Source: Vicugna vicugna (lineage: Eukaryota). Taken from it: a DNA stretch of 64,000 nucleotides. Each line of letters opens with the position of its first letter. Within the stretch, counting starts at the first letter, position 1. The stretch is from positions 1,090,616 to 1,154,615 of the forward strand of contig MU058584.1 of the NCBI GenBank assembly GCA_013265495.1, read 5' to 3'. Of this stretch, positions 1 to 13,745 are shown piece after piece. The notes beneath the pieces were generated by a model, which saw nothing but the letters and a program-made list of their open reading frames with translations, was not told the origin of the DNA and ran no database searches. The translations under genes and the position numbers were made by a program.

Positions 1-2723
1 TTTCCTAACTTAATCTCTCTAAAGTGTATTTTCCTTCTCTGAAAAAAACAGGCTTAAAAATTGTTTCCCTTCCCTTATCTCACCCCCAGCCTGCACCTTA
101 CTGTAAGGGCCGCACAAGAATGTGTATGTGGAAGCACATGGGTGTTGTGCTGGGTCAGGAGAGAGGAGGTGGATTTTCTGGGATGTGAGCCAGTTTTCTG
201 AAGCTCTAAGACATGGCCTTTGTGTATTTCCCCATTTCTTGGAGGGTTTATATAAAGCTCTTTCTCACTGTGTCAGTTGTAAACTTTTGTATAAGCCATT
301 CATTCCTTTTCTGATTATTAAGCAGAGAGAATTCTGATCTAGAGAGTAAAACTTGATATAGATTGAGAAGAATCTCCAGGTTGCTTTCCTGGATGAATAA
401 TGAAATAGTAATGAACTTTCTTTTCAAAGATTTCCAACAGTGAGCTCATCCCCATTTCCTCCAGGGAGGAGAAAAAAAAAAAAAGACACATTTCCTTGAT
501 CAAAATGTGAAATCATCTTAGAAGCTGATTGTGAATATGTAAGAGACTATAGCTCCTGGCCTCTTGACACAAGTAGTTTGTGTCTTCGTGGTCTGAAGGG
601 GCTAGAATACAGCAGGTGCTCAATAAATGCCCATTCTGTGGATGGAAAGTGTAACTGGGGGCAGAGGTATTGAGACAGGTGTCAAGATCAGATGAGAGTC
701 ATGGGATAACTGAGTATAAGTAGAATCTGTGAAAAAGAGAGGGCGGGGAAATATTCTACTATGTCAACACTTTTTCCTTCTGTCCTACTTTTTGCTCAGG
801 ATGACAAGCCAGGAAGACGAGGAGCAAAAATGATAAAAATAAAACTGGAGCTAATGACGTCCACCTCTAGTTTGGGATAGGATACTAATTTATTGCTGAA
901 ATCATGACAGGATTTAAAATGGAGACACATGACGGCACCAGTGTTTGAAATGAGACATTGAGGTGATCAGAGCTCACACTCTGAATACTTCTTCCTTTCC
1001 CTTCTCTCCTATCTCATCATTTGTTTGTGTCTATTTTTGAGACTAGAAGTCCTATCTTCTTTGTCTTCACATCAGCCATGATACTTTTAGCACTATTCAT
1101 TTGGAATTAGCCCCCAAATGCAGTTAATAATAATCATGGCCTCATTTTCCAATTATCTGAAATTTAAGATGAGAAACATCTCAGCTTCAAGACTTATCAC
1201 TAGAAATCTTTCTAAAGTTCACTCATCCATTTTTGGCCTTAAGGGAGAACATGTGAAGAGCATAACTGAATTTCTGATGACTCAGTGACTTGTAGAAACA
1301 TGAGCATGACCATTAATTCTCATTTGTCAGAGGAATAGGATCCTCAGGAGGGAGGGAAGGAGCCCAGAGAAAGAGCTTGGGCCAAAGTGTGCTGATTTTA
1401 GAGCCTACTCTGGGAGCTTTTAACAATAGATTTCTAAGGCAAATATTTCCCCCTATACCTTGACATTTCCTCCTAAAAGCTGAATACAGTTTCAACAGTA
1501 CAACTTAAAATTAGGTTGTGTGGAGTTCAACAAGTCTAGATCTTGCCTGCCTTCTTCCCTCTTCCAGTTTGATCAATACAGTCACTCCTCTTGCATTTGA
1601 TTAAGGCAGTCCCTACCCCTCAAACTGTAATACTTACCGAGAACCCTGAGGGACAAGTCTACACAGCATAGCCTGGGATTTACTGTCAGTCTGTCTCTGT
1701 TCATCCCTCTGCCCACTCAGCTTCCAACTCATTTTCCTAAAACACAGGCCCTCATGCTGTCCGCTCTATTTTCTTGCCACAAGGATGACATTTTTTATCG
1801 GGTAAGACAGACCATCTTTCCTTCCCCGAAATTCAACCCTTTGAAAAGAGTTCTATCCTGGCCACCACCATTCTTAGGCTTCCATGAGGCAAAGCCAGAT
1901 GCTGAGTGCTCCAACTGCTAAGGTAGGTGAAGCAGCTGAGTTTCTGGGTGAGGGCATAAGCGCAGTAGAGGAGGAGGAGGTTAAGTCTGCTGCAGATGTC
2001 AGACAATAGAATAGAGGGGGAAAGAGAAATCTAATTAGTGCAGCTGTTCATTCTGAATCGGTAATATTTAAGATTGGAATTAATTTTCAATAAGTTTTGC
2101 TTGATTTTCTGTGGATTTTTGATTGCAGCATCAAGAGGAACCCTGGGATTAATTCAAGTCGTGCTGTATATCTTAAAATCCTAGCTATGCCTCAAGGCTT
2201 ACTTCAAATGACACATCGTCAATGAAATCTTTCCTGTTTTTGCTAAATTGATATGATCTCAATCTTTCTCTCTCTTCCTCCTTTGAGCCCCGTTGGCATT
2301 CTGCACCTCTCTTGTGACACTCATCTGACACTATTTTGCATTATGTTATGTTTAACATTATTTTTAACTTCTTCCTGTTATAAGACTGTAAAATGCCTTC
2401 AAGGACAGATTGCAATTTTCTCCTCTGTATAGTCTGCACTTTAAAATTGCTGAATTGAATTTAGTTAAAATGAGCAACGATAAATTCTGGTGCAATGTCA
2501 ATATTTTGCAGGCTATCTCACCCTGGAGTCTCACCACACGTTCTCTGTCAGTAAATAATACCTCCATCCATACAACTGCCCAAGTTGAAAATGTAGCACA
2601 CATTTTTGGTGACTTTTTCCCTCTCATCTCTTAAATCCAATAGATCAAAAATTTGGTTGATTTTACCTTCAAAATCTTTCTTTGATCCAAGTACATTTCC
2701 CATCCCCCATCATCACTCTAGTC

Positions 2724-2905
2724 CAGGGCCAGCACATTTTTTTCTGTAAAAGTCCAGATAGTAAATAGTTTTGTAGTCTCAACAGCCTCTGTTCCACATT
2801 CTTCTTTTTTGTTGTTGTTTTTACAACCCTATAAAAAATGAAAAACATTTCTTTGCTCTTGGGCCATGCAGAAACAGGCTGTGGGCTGTGGTGTGTAGAC
2901 CCCTG
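2724..2905. mobile_element. Non-autonomous hAT-Charlie element (MER58-like)
   Basis: CAGGG...CCCTG termini and a perfect 8-bp TSD CTCTAGTC at 2716-2723 and 2906-2913. Confidence 0.85.
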
Positions 2906-3094
2906 CTCTAGTCAGAGCCACCCTAAACTCCTCACATAGACCAATAACCTTTTACCCAGTGTCCCCACCTTTATGTTAGTCTTCAAGTTATGTTTCAAAA
3001 TAATGTCTTACAGAATGCAAATCTTCTTTTAAGCCTCAGCATAACCATCATATTATTATATAGCTGCTCTTTATCGTGCGCTCCCATTGAGCCC

Positions 3095-3650
3095 TTGTCT
3101 TATAGTGAATTCCCAAGAAGCAGATTGTGGATGAGGATCCACGTGTAAGTACTCACAAGAGAAAACATACAGAAGTAGAGGGATAAAGGAAAAGGTAGGG
3201 AAGCCCAATGTGTTTGTCTAGATGCTCTGAGAAGCAGGTTCCAAGATAGGATTAGGCATTTGAGGGTTTTACTAGGGAAATGCTTGAAAAATTGGGCAGA
3301 AGGGAGTCAGAACAGGCTGGGAGATAAACAAGGCTGTGATGCAGGTCTGACCCCAAGTGACCCCGAGGAGGAAGGAAGGAAGATTGTTGGGATAGTCCAA
3401 GACTGCTTTCTAGTCTAAGGAAAATTCTCTGAGACTGTCAGATAGTCCTTGAGCCAAAGTCATCTGTCAGAGGAGCCCCATGTCTCCCACTCTCGTGTCC
3501 CTTCACACTCAGTCATAGGCTGGGAGCAGCCTGGGGGAGGGGGGTGTGGCCTTGGCACAAACTCAGTGATGCATGGCAGCTGGGTCCATCTGTCAATTAT
3601 GCTCTTTATTGTTGGATGTCTGTGAAGCATGTTCTCATGGCCACAACATC
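3095..3650. mobile_element. Old MaLR (MLT1-type) LTR fragments
   Basis: Recognisable MLT1-like motifs (GCTGTGATGCAGGTCTGACCCC, GTCCTTGAGCCAAAGTC). Boundaries are approximate. Confidence 0.6.
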
Positions 3651-4724
3651 CAGCAGAGATACATTTCCATCCAAGGCTCAGCCTCAGCCTGATCAGGGGA
3701 ATTCTGTAGTGTAAATTACACCTCTGACTTTGTTTCCCTGGAAGGCAAGTGAGTCTGCTTTCAGACTCTCCTGCCAATCATTGGGTAAGTGCCCTCAAGC
3801 TCCTAGAAAACTCCCATTTTCTGTACTTGCTACCAAATCTGCTCCAGTATCCTGAAGGAAATCGTCCAAAGAAAAAGTCAGGTGCAGGCAATCAGAAATG
3901 AAGACTCTGAAAAGGTGTGGGGAGAAACTCAAAAGAAACAATAAGAGGGATTCAGGAGAAGCTTGTCGGGACACCAGTTCTTCCCTTTTTGTTCTCAACA
4001 CTCTTGTAATGATGTTACCTAATGTCTGCATTTTGTACTAGATTATAATCTCCGTAAGGTCAGGAATTATATCTACCTTGTTCCCTTGTCCTAGCATGGT
4101 CCCCAGAACATAGTAGAAGCTAACTCTTCGCCAAATTCTGTATAGAAAGGGCTAGAAGTCTGCTCCGCTTGTATAAACCAAATTTAAACAATGTTGTCAT
4201 TAATAGGAAGATGAATACATTTAAAGAGACATCAGTGAGCAAAGTCACCTTGAGCCTTACATATGTCCTCTAACACTTGTGCTGTCAAGCTTCCCCGGAC
4301 TTTGTATTCCTGAGTGCTGGTAATGGTATTTAAAGTGCAGGTAATGCAGTTGAAGCTTCATTCCATTTTCTGGGTTCTCACTGCTTCCAGCATCCCCTTA
4401 AGGCAATCAACGGTAATAGAAGCTGTCACTTCCTGTGTTTCCATCTATGGCCACAATAGTTGATTCTCCTGTACTGATATGCTCAGAGAGCTGACCTCAA
4501 GAAATCACTCGTCTCATTTGCTCTCTACCTTTAAAAGTTCTTGGCTGGTGAGTCAGTTTAGGTGGTTAGAACATAGTTGCTACCCTAGGCACTGCTTTAT
4601 GCCCTCTGATAGTTTTTTTTAATGGCAAAATGAAAATTAAAAAACTGAACTTTACAAATGACTTCAAGTGCCTATTCTGTCACTTGCTAGTTATGTCATT
4701 TGGGACAAATCATTAAACCTCCTT

Positions 4725-5150
4725 GTGGTAGACTTTGTTATTGTTCAAAAAATATTTGCTGCCTCTCCTGGAGGGAAGATTATCCTTACTTTCCCCCTTG
4801 ACATCAAGCTTGGCTACATGATTTTCTTGGGCTAATGAAATATAAACTGATTTACTATGCGTTATTTCTAAGCAGAAGCTTTCAAAGATAGTGTATATTT
4901 TGCGATGTTCTCCCCTTTTTCTCCACCATGAACATCAGCAATATTCCAGACAGAGGCTGTTCCAGGTCAAGACAACAGCCTGTACTCCTGGAGTCAAGAC
5001 ATCAGTAAACACAGCCACATTTGATGTAAAAGGACATGTGGTATGAGCAAGAAATAGGGCTTTGTTTTTTTAAGTGCATTTGGATTTCACGTGGGGAGGT
5101 GGGGGTTGTGTGTCACTGCAGCATAATCCAATTTATCCTGACTGACGCAC
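4725..5150 (+). mobile_element. MLT1-type solo LTR nested in a MIR
   Basis: TGTGG...ACA termini and an MLT1-like 3' end (CACTGCAGCATAA...CCTGACTGA). MIR halves flank it at about 4670-4724 and 5152-5260. Confidence 0.7.
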
Positions 5151-5374
5151 ACTTTATGTCTTAGTTTAGTCATCTGTAAAATGTACGTTACAACACTTCT
5201 TACTGCATAGGATTACAGGTTTATTCATTGAGCAACTCTTTAGGCTTATTAAATACAAGACAGATGCTAGGTACCAGTAGGTTCCACAAGGAGAATTTCT
5301 GGGCAGCCTCTTATCATCAGTGACTTTATGGGATAACAAAGAACACACACACATATGCACACTCACACACACGC

Positions 5375-5785
5375 ACACACCCCCCTTGACTTAATTGGGG
5401 TTACGTTCCAATTAACCCATTGTAAGTTGAAAATATTGTTAAGCCAAAAAAGCATTTAATACATCTAACCTACCAAACATCATAATTTAGTTTGTCTACC
5501 TTAAGTTTTCTCAGAATATTTACATTAACCTATAGTTGGGCCAAATAATCAAACACAAAACCCATTTTATAGTAAAGTGTTGAATATCTCATGCGGTTTA
5601 TTGAATACTGTGCTGAAAGTGGACACTGCCCAGCATCAGGAGGGAGCGTCACACCACATGCCAACAGCCTGGGGAAAGATCAAAATTCAAAATTCAAAGT
5701 ACAGTTTCTATTGAATGCATGCCTCTCCCACCATTGTAAAGTCAAACAATGGTAAGTCGAAACACCGTAAGTGGGGGACTGTCTG
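5375..5785 (+). mobile_element. Tigger-family MITE (MER47-like)
   Basis: Matches the MER47-type consensus as recalled. It ends GGGGACTGTCTG followed by TA. Confidence 0.8.
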
Positions 5786-6248
5786 TAACTAGAATTTATG
5801 ACTGAAATTGCTCAATGCGACGCTAAGTCGTGATAAAAGTACTTTGGGAAATTGAAAGGAGGAGGTACCTTTTAATGGTGAGCTCAAACGATGCTTCTTG
5901 AAGAAGCACTGAGGTTAAAGATGAGGTAGCTAAAAGCAAGGAGGCTTTTTCCCAGATAAAAATTGAGACTTGAGTCTAAGGAAGCATGGACCACTTAGGG
6001 AGAAAAACATATTTCAGAGTATTTATGAAGGGATTAATTAACATGAAAGGAAATGAATGCAGACAAGGTACTTGGACGTTGTGTTTCAGATAGTCTTGGT
6101 TAAGAAATTTGAATTTTATTTTGCAGAAAAATAGTAGTATTAACTTTTTGAGGCAGATATGACAGTTTGTTAGATGAATTAGAGAGAGGAATTTAAATAG
6201 AGTTAAGATGGAAGCCCATTTAATGTGTTATTGCTATAGTGTAAACTA

Positions 6249-6412
6249 GCAGTCAACACTTTTTTTTTTGTGGCCAGGTAGTAAAGGTTTTAGTCTTCGT
6301 GAGCCTCATAGTCTGTATTGTAGCTATTCAATTGAGCTACTATAACATGAATGCAGACTAAGACAAAAAAAAAAAAAAGTGAGTGGACATGGCTATGTTC
6401 CAGTAAAACCTT
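6249..6412. mobile_element. MER58A-like hAT fragment
   Basis: GGCCAGGTAGTAAA and GGCTATGTTCCAGTAAAAC motifs typical of MER58. Confidence 0.6.
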
Positions 6413-7844
6413 AGGGCTTTCAGGGGATATCCCGGTGCGGAGGGAAAGCTCTTCATTCCTTCCAGCTGCTCCATGTCACTCCACTCCATATACTAATGTC
6501 CCAAAGACTTTGAAACAAGAGCATTTCCACCTGTAAAAGAATTGAAGAGGTCTGTTCCAGGAGACAGGCAAGGGGGATCTGCACCAGGGCAACGAGGCGT
6601 GGAGAGGAAGAGAAGAGTGAAAAACATTGTAGGAGTGGAATGACGGGAACAAAGGACACTGAAGGCAGCGTAGCTTTGAGAGGGGAGATTATTTCAATTT
6701 TGGATATATTGAGTTTGATGTGAGAGGCAAATGAGATAATGTAGGGAAAAGTGCTTCGCAAACTGTGAAGTGTTATAGAAATGGAAGGGTTATTTTAAGA
6801 GGAAATGGCTGAGACCATTTTATGACTCAACATAAATCCATCAACACTCCTGCAAAAACAATGAAATCACATGAACCATATATTGTGGGACACCCTATCC
6901 TGTTTCTAGGTCAACACCTCAGCATTATGATACCATTTCAATTATCGTTATTTCCTTTTAAAGGAGAGGCAGCTGTTCCGACAATTTGGTGTAGGTGACT
7001 GTGACATTTAACGGGGTGACACTGAGCTCAGAAGCAAAGGGCAGAACTGGATAGATGCTCCTTCGATGGGTCTCCTTTTTAGAATTTTGTTGTAGTGTCT
7101 CTTTAAAACTTGACCTCTCTAGAAACAGATACAATGACTTCTTTGTACCTTTATTGTCAAGTCAAATGATTAACTATAAGTTAAAAAATGCATGGCTTTA
7201 AAAATAAGTTTTACATGCAGAGGCATTCATCCTGGTAGGAATTACCACATGAATTTATGAGACTTCTAAAAGTGTCCTTTCCTTCGTTTCTTGCCATCAC
7301 TTAGATTCTGTCATTATAGCAGTGCCAGCAGAAGAGTGAAGACTGAAGTCATCAAATTCAAAGTGAACATGGGAAGGTTAATTCACTGACATGATAGAGG
7401 TTGATTCCATCATCCTGGTCCCCTGAGAGAAAGGAAGCAATGCACAAGTGCTGAATATCTTTAGAACAAGAAAGCACAGGGCATAAAGAACTTGTAATAG
7501 CTCTTTATGGCCAGGCAGAGAAACACAGCACACAGGAGGGGCAGCATTGCATGGGGGGTTATGAGCATGGCCTCTGGAGCCAAGTGGCCTGAGCATCAGT
7601 CTTGCTTAATTAGTTCCTAGCCAGGTAACTGTTGATCAACTTACTTAACTTCTTTGTGGCTCAAGTCCTTCATCTTTAAAATGAGAAAATAACAATATCT
7701 ACCCTTTGAGGTAGTTACAAACTATACACTTTAATACATGTGAAAAGCTCCATGGGGAGTAGCTATTATTATGAGCTGCTGAGAAAAACAGAACAGTATA
7801 AACCTAGAGGGTGGCCCCAGATTGAAATGAAAGAGCATAGCAAT

Positions 7845-7961
7845 GGGGGTGGAAGTATATCTCAGTTGGTAGAACACATGCTGATTGTGCATGAGGTACT
7901 TGGTTCAATTCCCAGTACCTCAGTTTGGAAAAAAGAAAGAAAGGAAAGAAGGAAGAAAGGA

Positions 7962-7990
<29 letters not shown>
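7845..7990 (+). mobile_element. Short tRNA-derived SINE (camelid type) with an (A/GAAA/GCAA)n tail
   Basis: A-box-like TATCTCAGTTGG and B-box-like GGTTCAATTCCC, an A-rich tail, and the flanking direct repeat AGCATAGC(C)AA at about 7834 and 7991. Confidence 0.85.
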
Positions 7991-7997
<7 letters not shown>

Positions 7998-8163
7998 CCA
8001 AGACCCCCAAACTTGTGTTTTTTTCTAATGGCAGGGGCAGAGTGGAAGACATGTCTGGATTCAGACATTGTATGCAGTGTGAGAAACACTGAAATAAGAC
8101 ACAAGAAATGCAAAAGCCAGAGTTGATGAAGAAAAGAAAGAGACACTGTAAGAAAGATACAGA

Positions 8164-9798
8164 TACTACCCAAGGCAATATACCGATTAAATGAAATCCT
8201 TATCAAGTTACCAACAAAAAATTTTTTTCACAGAGCTGGAACAAAAAATGTTAAAATTTGTACGGAAGCACAAAAGACCTTGAATAGCCAAAACAATCTT
8301 GAAAAAGAAGAATGGAGCTTGGAGAGTCATGCTCCCTGACTTCAGACAATACTGCAAAGCTACAGTAATCAAAACAGTATGGTTCTGGCACAAAAACAGA
8401 CACAGAGATCAGTGGAACAGGATAGAAAGTCCAGAAATAAACCCATGCACTTATGGTCAATTAATCTACAACAAGGGTGGCAGGAATATGCAATGGAGAA
8501 AAGACAATCTCTTCAATAAGTGGAGCTGGGAAAACTGGACAACTACCTGTAAAAGACCGAAATTAGAACATTCTGTAACACCATATACAAAAATAAACTC
8601 AACATGGATTAAAGACTTAAATGCAAGACCAGACACTGTAAAATTCCTAGAGGAGAACATAGGCAGAACACTTTTGGACATAAATCTCAGCAATGTATTT
8701 TTTGAACCAGCTCCTGGAGTAATGGAAATAAAAGCAAAGATAAGCAAATAGGATCTAATTAAACTTAAATACTTTTGCACAGCTAATGACACCATTAACA
8801 AAATGAAAAGACAACCTACAGAACAGGAGAAAATATTTGTAAATGATGCAACTGACAACAGACTAACTTCCAAATTATACAAACAGCTCATACACCTTAG
8901 TATCAAAAGAAAAAAAGCAACCCAATCAAAAAATGGGCAGAAGATCAAAATAGACATCTCTCCAAAGAAGACATCCAGATGGCCAAGTACATGAAAAGAT
9001 GCTCAACATCACTAATTGTTAGAGAAATACAAATCAAAACTACAGTGAGATATCACCTCACACCAGCCAGTAAGGCCATTATTAAAAAGTCTACAAATGA
9101 TAAATGCTGGAGAGGGTGTGGAGAAAAAGGAACCCTCCTATACTGTTGGTGGGAATGTAAATTGGTGCAGCCACTATGAAGGACAGAATGGAGGGTCCTT
9201 AAAAAACTAAAAATAGAATTACCTATGATCCAGCAATTCCACTCCTGGGCATGTATCTGGAGAAAAATATAATTCAAAAATACACATGCATCCCAATATT
9301 TATAGAAGCACTGTTTACAATAGCCAAGACATGGAAACAACCCAAATGTCCATCAGCAGCTGACTGGATAAAGAAGATGTGGTATATTTATACAATGGAA
9401 TACTACTCAGCCATAAAAAAGAATTAAAATAATGCTATTTGCAGCAACATGGATGGACCTGGAGATCGTCATTCTAAGTGAAATATGCCAGAAAGAGAAA
9501 GAAAAATGCCATATGATATCATTTATACATGGAATCTAAAAAAAAAAAGACACAAATGAACTACTTATTTATAATTTAGATGACTGATTTCTTGAATATG
9601 TGTAAGCACATTTGACTGCCTTTATGATTGGATTACCACATTCTGTTAATTCTTATTTTGTGGTTGGCTTTATTCCTTTGATAACTATGTAAGTTTAAAA
9701 AGCTAAAGCTCTAAACAGTCTTTAGAAATAATGAACACTACTGATATGTAAATTTTTTAAAATGTGTGCAGTTAAAAAAAAAAGAAAAGAAAAGAAAA
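8164..9798 (+). mobile_element. 5'-truncated L1 (ORF2 C-terminal part and start of the 3' UTR) plus about 200 bp of non-L1 sequence and a poly(A) tail
   Basis: ORF2-like peptides ([48 protein letters not shown]) with stops and frameshifts. A 14-bp TSD AAGAAAGATACAGA lies at 8150-8163 and 9799-9812. Confidence 0.92.
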
Positions 9799-12700
9799 AA
9801 GAAAGATACAGAAAGTAAAGAGTGGGTCCAGAGTACAAAACACTTCATGCCAGTACTTTTTGGAAGGTCAACTACAGACTTTGAGGAGGAAAGGAACTTA
9901 GATATTCAGTCTCACTTTTTTTTTTTTTTTTTTTTTTTGGTCAGGCAAAGCTAAACAGAACCCAGATCTGCGAGGTATCATCATTTCTCATTGTAATGAA
10001 TTTTGTAATGGATTCTGTTGTTATTTTCCATCAGAAGTTTCCAAAACCTTCCTGTATAATAAAAATACAATTAATTCACAAGTATCATGAAACTTACGGG
10101 GATCTGACTATTAAAAAAAAATTAAACTGATTTTCCAACATTGATTTTAGACACAGCTACATATAAAAGGTGACACATCTCAAATTAGCTACCAAGGGAG
10201 CTTGCACTCCCACTTACGTGGTGCCACCACTGCTAAAAATGCCCCAAGCCAATCAATATTGAGAGCCTACTGGGAACTTAACATTGTGCGAAAGCAGCAG
10301 GAAGTACATAAAGAATTCAGTAGTTTGTTCAAATGGAGAGATCGAGAAATACAAACCAAAGTGGTATACTGTCTAATTTGGCAGCGCTTACAATTGCGGG
10401 AAAGAAAAGTTGATTTTAAGTGGAATATTCACAGTAGGCTTATGGAAGGAGAAGGTCCTAAGCTGGGCTTTAATGACTCTGTCAATGCTTTGGAAGTTGG
10501 TAGGGTGGGGTGGGGAGCACAAAAGTTCATATACGTGTGACTTGCTCAAGTCTTCATTCTACTCCATTTCCTCTTTTCAGGGTCTTGCTGGTTACTCCAC
10601 CATCTGCTTCCCAGCTATCTCTTACCTACTTCTCTACCCCACTGTGGAATCATCGCTGGGCAGTTCCGATGCTTGGGAACCGTCACCAGCATTTCCCCCG
10701 TGTTCTGATCCTTGCCTTACTCTCAAGATGCAAACGCTGAGGGACCAACACCAGGGCAGTGTAGAGGCTGTTGGAGTAGGAGTGGGGGGTCTCATAACAC
10801 ACTGCGTAAGCTACACTGAACACAGCATATTTGCAAGACTCATTCACATTTGTGAAGATCTCATGCTTCCCCTTCCTGTTCTACCACCCAAGATTCTCTC
10901 TATTTTTGAGTGTTTGGCACTTTGCTCACATTAATGGTTTAATAACTTTTTCTGCCACCAGAACACAAGCTATTCAGTGTTAGGGATGGGATCTTATTCA
11001 CCTCCCTGATGTGGGCACGCACCATTCCTTATCTGGACAGTTTCCATGGTTTCCTACAAAACCTTCCGACCCCCTGGGGTCTGTTTCCCATAAAACAATC
11101 AGAGAATCTTGAAATATCAGTCACAAAACAGACATGTCACTTTCTGTCATTGTAGGTGAAATAAATTTCAGCCCCCTTACCAGGGTTCCTATTAAACTTC
11201 GTAACCTTATCTTATGCTATTCCTGCTTCTACTTACCACATTCTAACCAGTGTGGTTTTCTTGTGCATCAAACTTTTTCTGTCCTCAGGACCTGTGCACA
11301 TGCTTTCTTTATTTGCATAACTAGCACCTTTTCCATCTTTTAAGTCTTAATTTAAATCTTACCTCCTTAAGATTACCTCCTTACCTCCTTGCTGCTTCAT
11401 CCAATATAAAGTAGGATTTCTTAGCCTATTATTTCTTAAGTCATTTCCTGGTTCTAATTTTTTTCCTTAAAAGCACTTATCACAATTTATGATTATTTTG
11501 TTTATTTGCCTATATCCTTGATTTTTGTTGTCCATCTGCCCATCAGAAAGTAAGATCAAAGGGCACAGGGTCCATCCAGTTCTGTCCCTAGTGCCTAGCA
11601 GAGTACCTAGCACACAAAGGGGTCAATATGTATTTGTCAGATTAATGTCTCTAGAGTGAGCGCCTTTTCACACATAGAAGATGCTCACCATAAACGTTTA
11701 CTTGAAACATACTAGCAAAGGGAACAGAGTCAGATTCAAGGAGGACTTAAACAGAGGTCAGGTTCAAGCATTGTGCTGGGAGAGTACAAAGGAGGTAGTG
11801 ATGGATTAGGATTGGGGGCAGAGAAAGAGTTTGATAGGCAGGAAATTGTGAGAATATTCCAGGTTGAAGGCACAATGTCAGCCTAGGTACAGTGTAGAGA
11901 AAACACAGATCCGCGGGGAATACTTAATTATCTGGGACTGCAGGGTAGAATATGATGAAGAAGAGACTGGAGGGGTAGGGTGAAGATTGTACTTTAGTCA
12001 AATTATCAAAATACTGGAGTCTCATGCTAAGGAATTTAAATTTTCATCTGAGGGCAATGGGAGCCCATGGTTCATTTTTAAAGAGATAAATAATGATCAT
12101 GCTGTGAATCAGCATAAAATTTCATAATATATTCCTAATAATAAAAGTTATAAATTTTGAGACTCTCAAGTGTTCCTGATAACTTTTGCATACATAATAT
12201 CATATAATCTAACAACATTCATTCAACAAATACTATTGAGTGCCTGCTATTACGTAATTTGCTATTATCCCATTTTACACATTAAGAAGCTGGAAGTCAC
12301 AAAGACCGCCCTAAATTTCAAGGCCACCCAGCCAGTGTGTGGAGGAGCTAGAATTAAAATCCAAGTCTGCCTGACTATGAAATGCAAGCACATCCCATGA
12401 CACCATGCCATCTCTTTCTACTAGCACAAGGTAAATGAACTTTTATGAAATTGCTGTTTCTATCTTGGGTTAGATCTGCAAAGAAAGATTAAATCTTTGG
12501 GATGAGATACTTGTGTTCTTTCTTTATTTCTTGGAAAAGAAAGATTTTTCCCCCCAGTTAATTAAGTGTCAAGTGTCAGGGTGAGAGGCTCTCATTTACT
12601 GCATGTGCCCACAAAGCTGGATGCAGACAGTAGGGCGCAGTTTCCAAACATAAGACATACTGGGAAAGTCCCTGTTCCCGGTGTACAGCATCCTCCAGCT

Positions 12701-13489
12701 GGGTATGTTTGCTTTTCAGCTTTAAAAATCAATAACTGTGAACTATCATTGACATCCAGGCCATTGTGGTAAACAATAAAGGGGGATGGAGACTTCTAAC
12801 AGCTGAGAGGAAATTGTCATCTGAGATGGTGTGAGTGCTGCCGAAGGCTGAGCCCAGGCCCACATCCTGCCCTAGTGGAGAGAGGTGCTCCTTTCTGAAA
12901 CCTGATGGAAGCAAAGAATCCAATGCCTGCCACAATAGCTTATTTCCTTCCTCCTATTAGATCCCGTCAGGGCTTGAGCAATGCTTTCCTTTGTTCTCCC
13001 TGAGCAAAGGGTGGGGAAATTGGAAACCTACCTGGAGAACACGCGCAGCTTACGTCCTGCTGTGACTTAATGTCCTCCAGTAGAAACCAGTACTTCTGTA
13101 TCCCTTTTGTCAACAGTACCTTCCAGGTGCTCAACATTTTACACTTTATATGTATTACCTCATTTGATTCTTGCAACTATCTTATGCAGTATCATTTTTT
13201 AATGATCATCTTTCACTTGGACTATTGCAGTAGCCTTCAAAAATTTTGCCAGTTTCTCTCATGCCCAAGCTCTACTTCTAGAACATAATGTCATCTGCTT
13301 AAATACTTTGATTAGCACCCCCACCTCCAACAACTAAAGGGTAAAATCTGGTCTCCAGTGTGACCAGAAGTGCTATTTGGGTCTCAGACTACCCATCTAG
13401 CTTCATTTCACTCTCTCTCCCCCAAAGCTATAATCACACTTAACATCCCTATGATCTCCAAGTAATATGTTTTCTTTAAACCTTTATGG

Positions 13490-13745
13490 TCATGGTAGCA
13501 TAGAGGTCAATGGCATAGAGGTTAATAGCAGAAATGCTGGACTGTCTGAGCTGAACTCCTATCATCACCGCTTAGATGTATAACCTCAGGTAAGTTACTT
13601 AAACCGGCTATGTCTCATCTGTAAAATGAGGTTCATTGTAGGAGCTTCTTTCAGGATGAATTGTGAGGAATAATTGAGTTATAAATGTAACGTGCTTAAA
13701 ACAGTGCCCTGTACAATCAGTGCCCAATAAGACAAGCTGTTGTTA
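13490..13745 (+). mobile_element. MIR SINE, representative of many MIR/L2 relics (e.g. about 7555-7770, 12160-12410, 29430-29660, 49270-49470, 60340-60540, 63250-63420)
   Basis: MIR core motif GTAAGTTACTTAA...CTCATCTGTAAAATGAG and the typical 3' end GTGCTTAAAACAGTGCC. Confidence 0.75.

Noticed and set aside
7845..7925. tRNA-like sequence (also at 29251-29330)
   Set aside because: Degenerate stems, A-rich tails and TSDs indicate SINEs, not functional tRNA genes.
8299..9179. ORFs of 150, 63 and 66 aa and the antisense 163-aa ORF
   Set aside because: These are broken L1 ORF2 fragments and their antisense shadow, not host genes.
10202..10934. Overlapping ORFs of up to 174 aa
   Set aside because: Non-ATG starts, no recognisable domain or exon structure, and flanking repeat-like sequence make them most likely chance ORFs.
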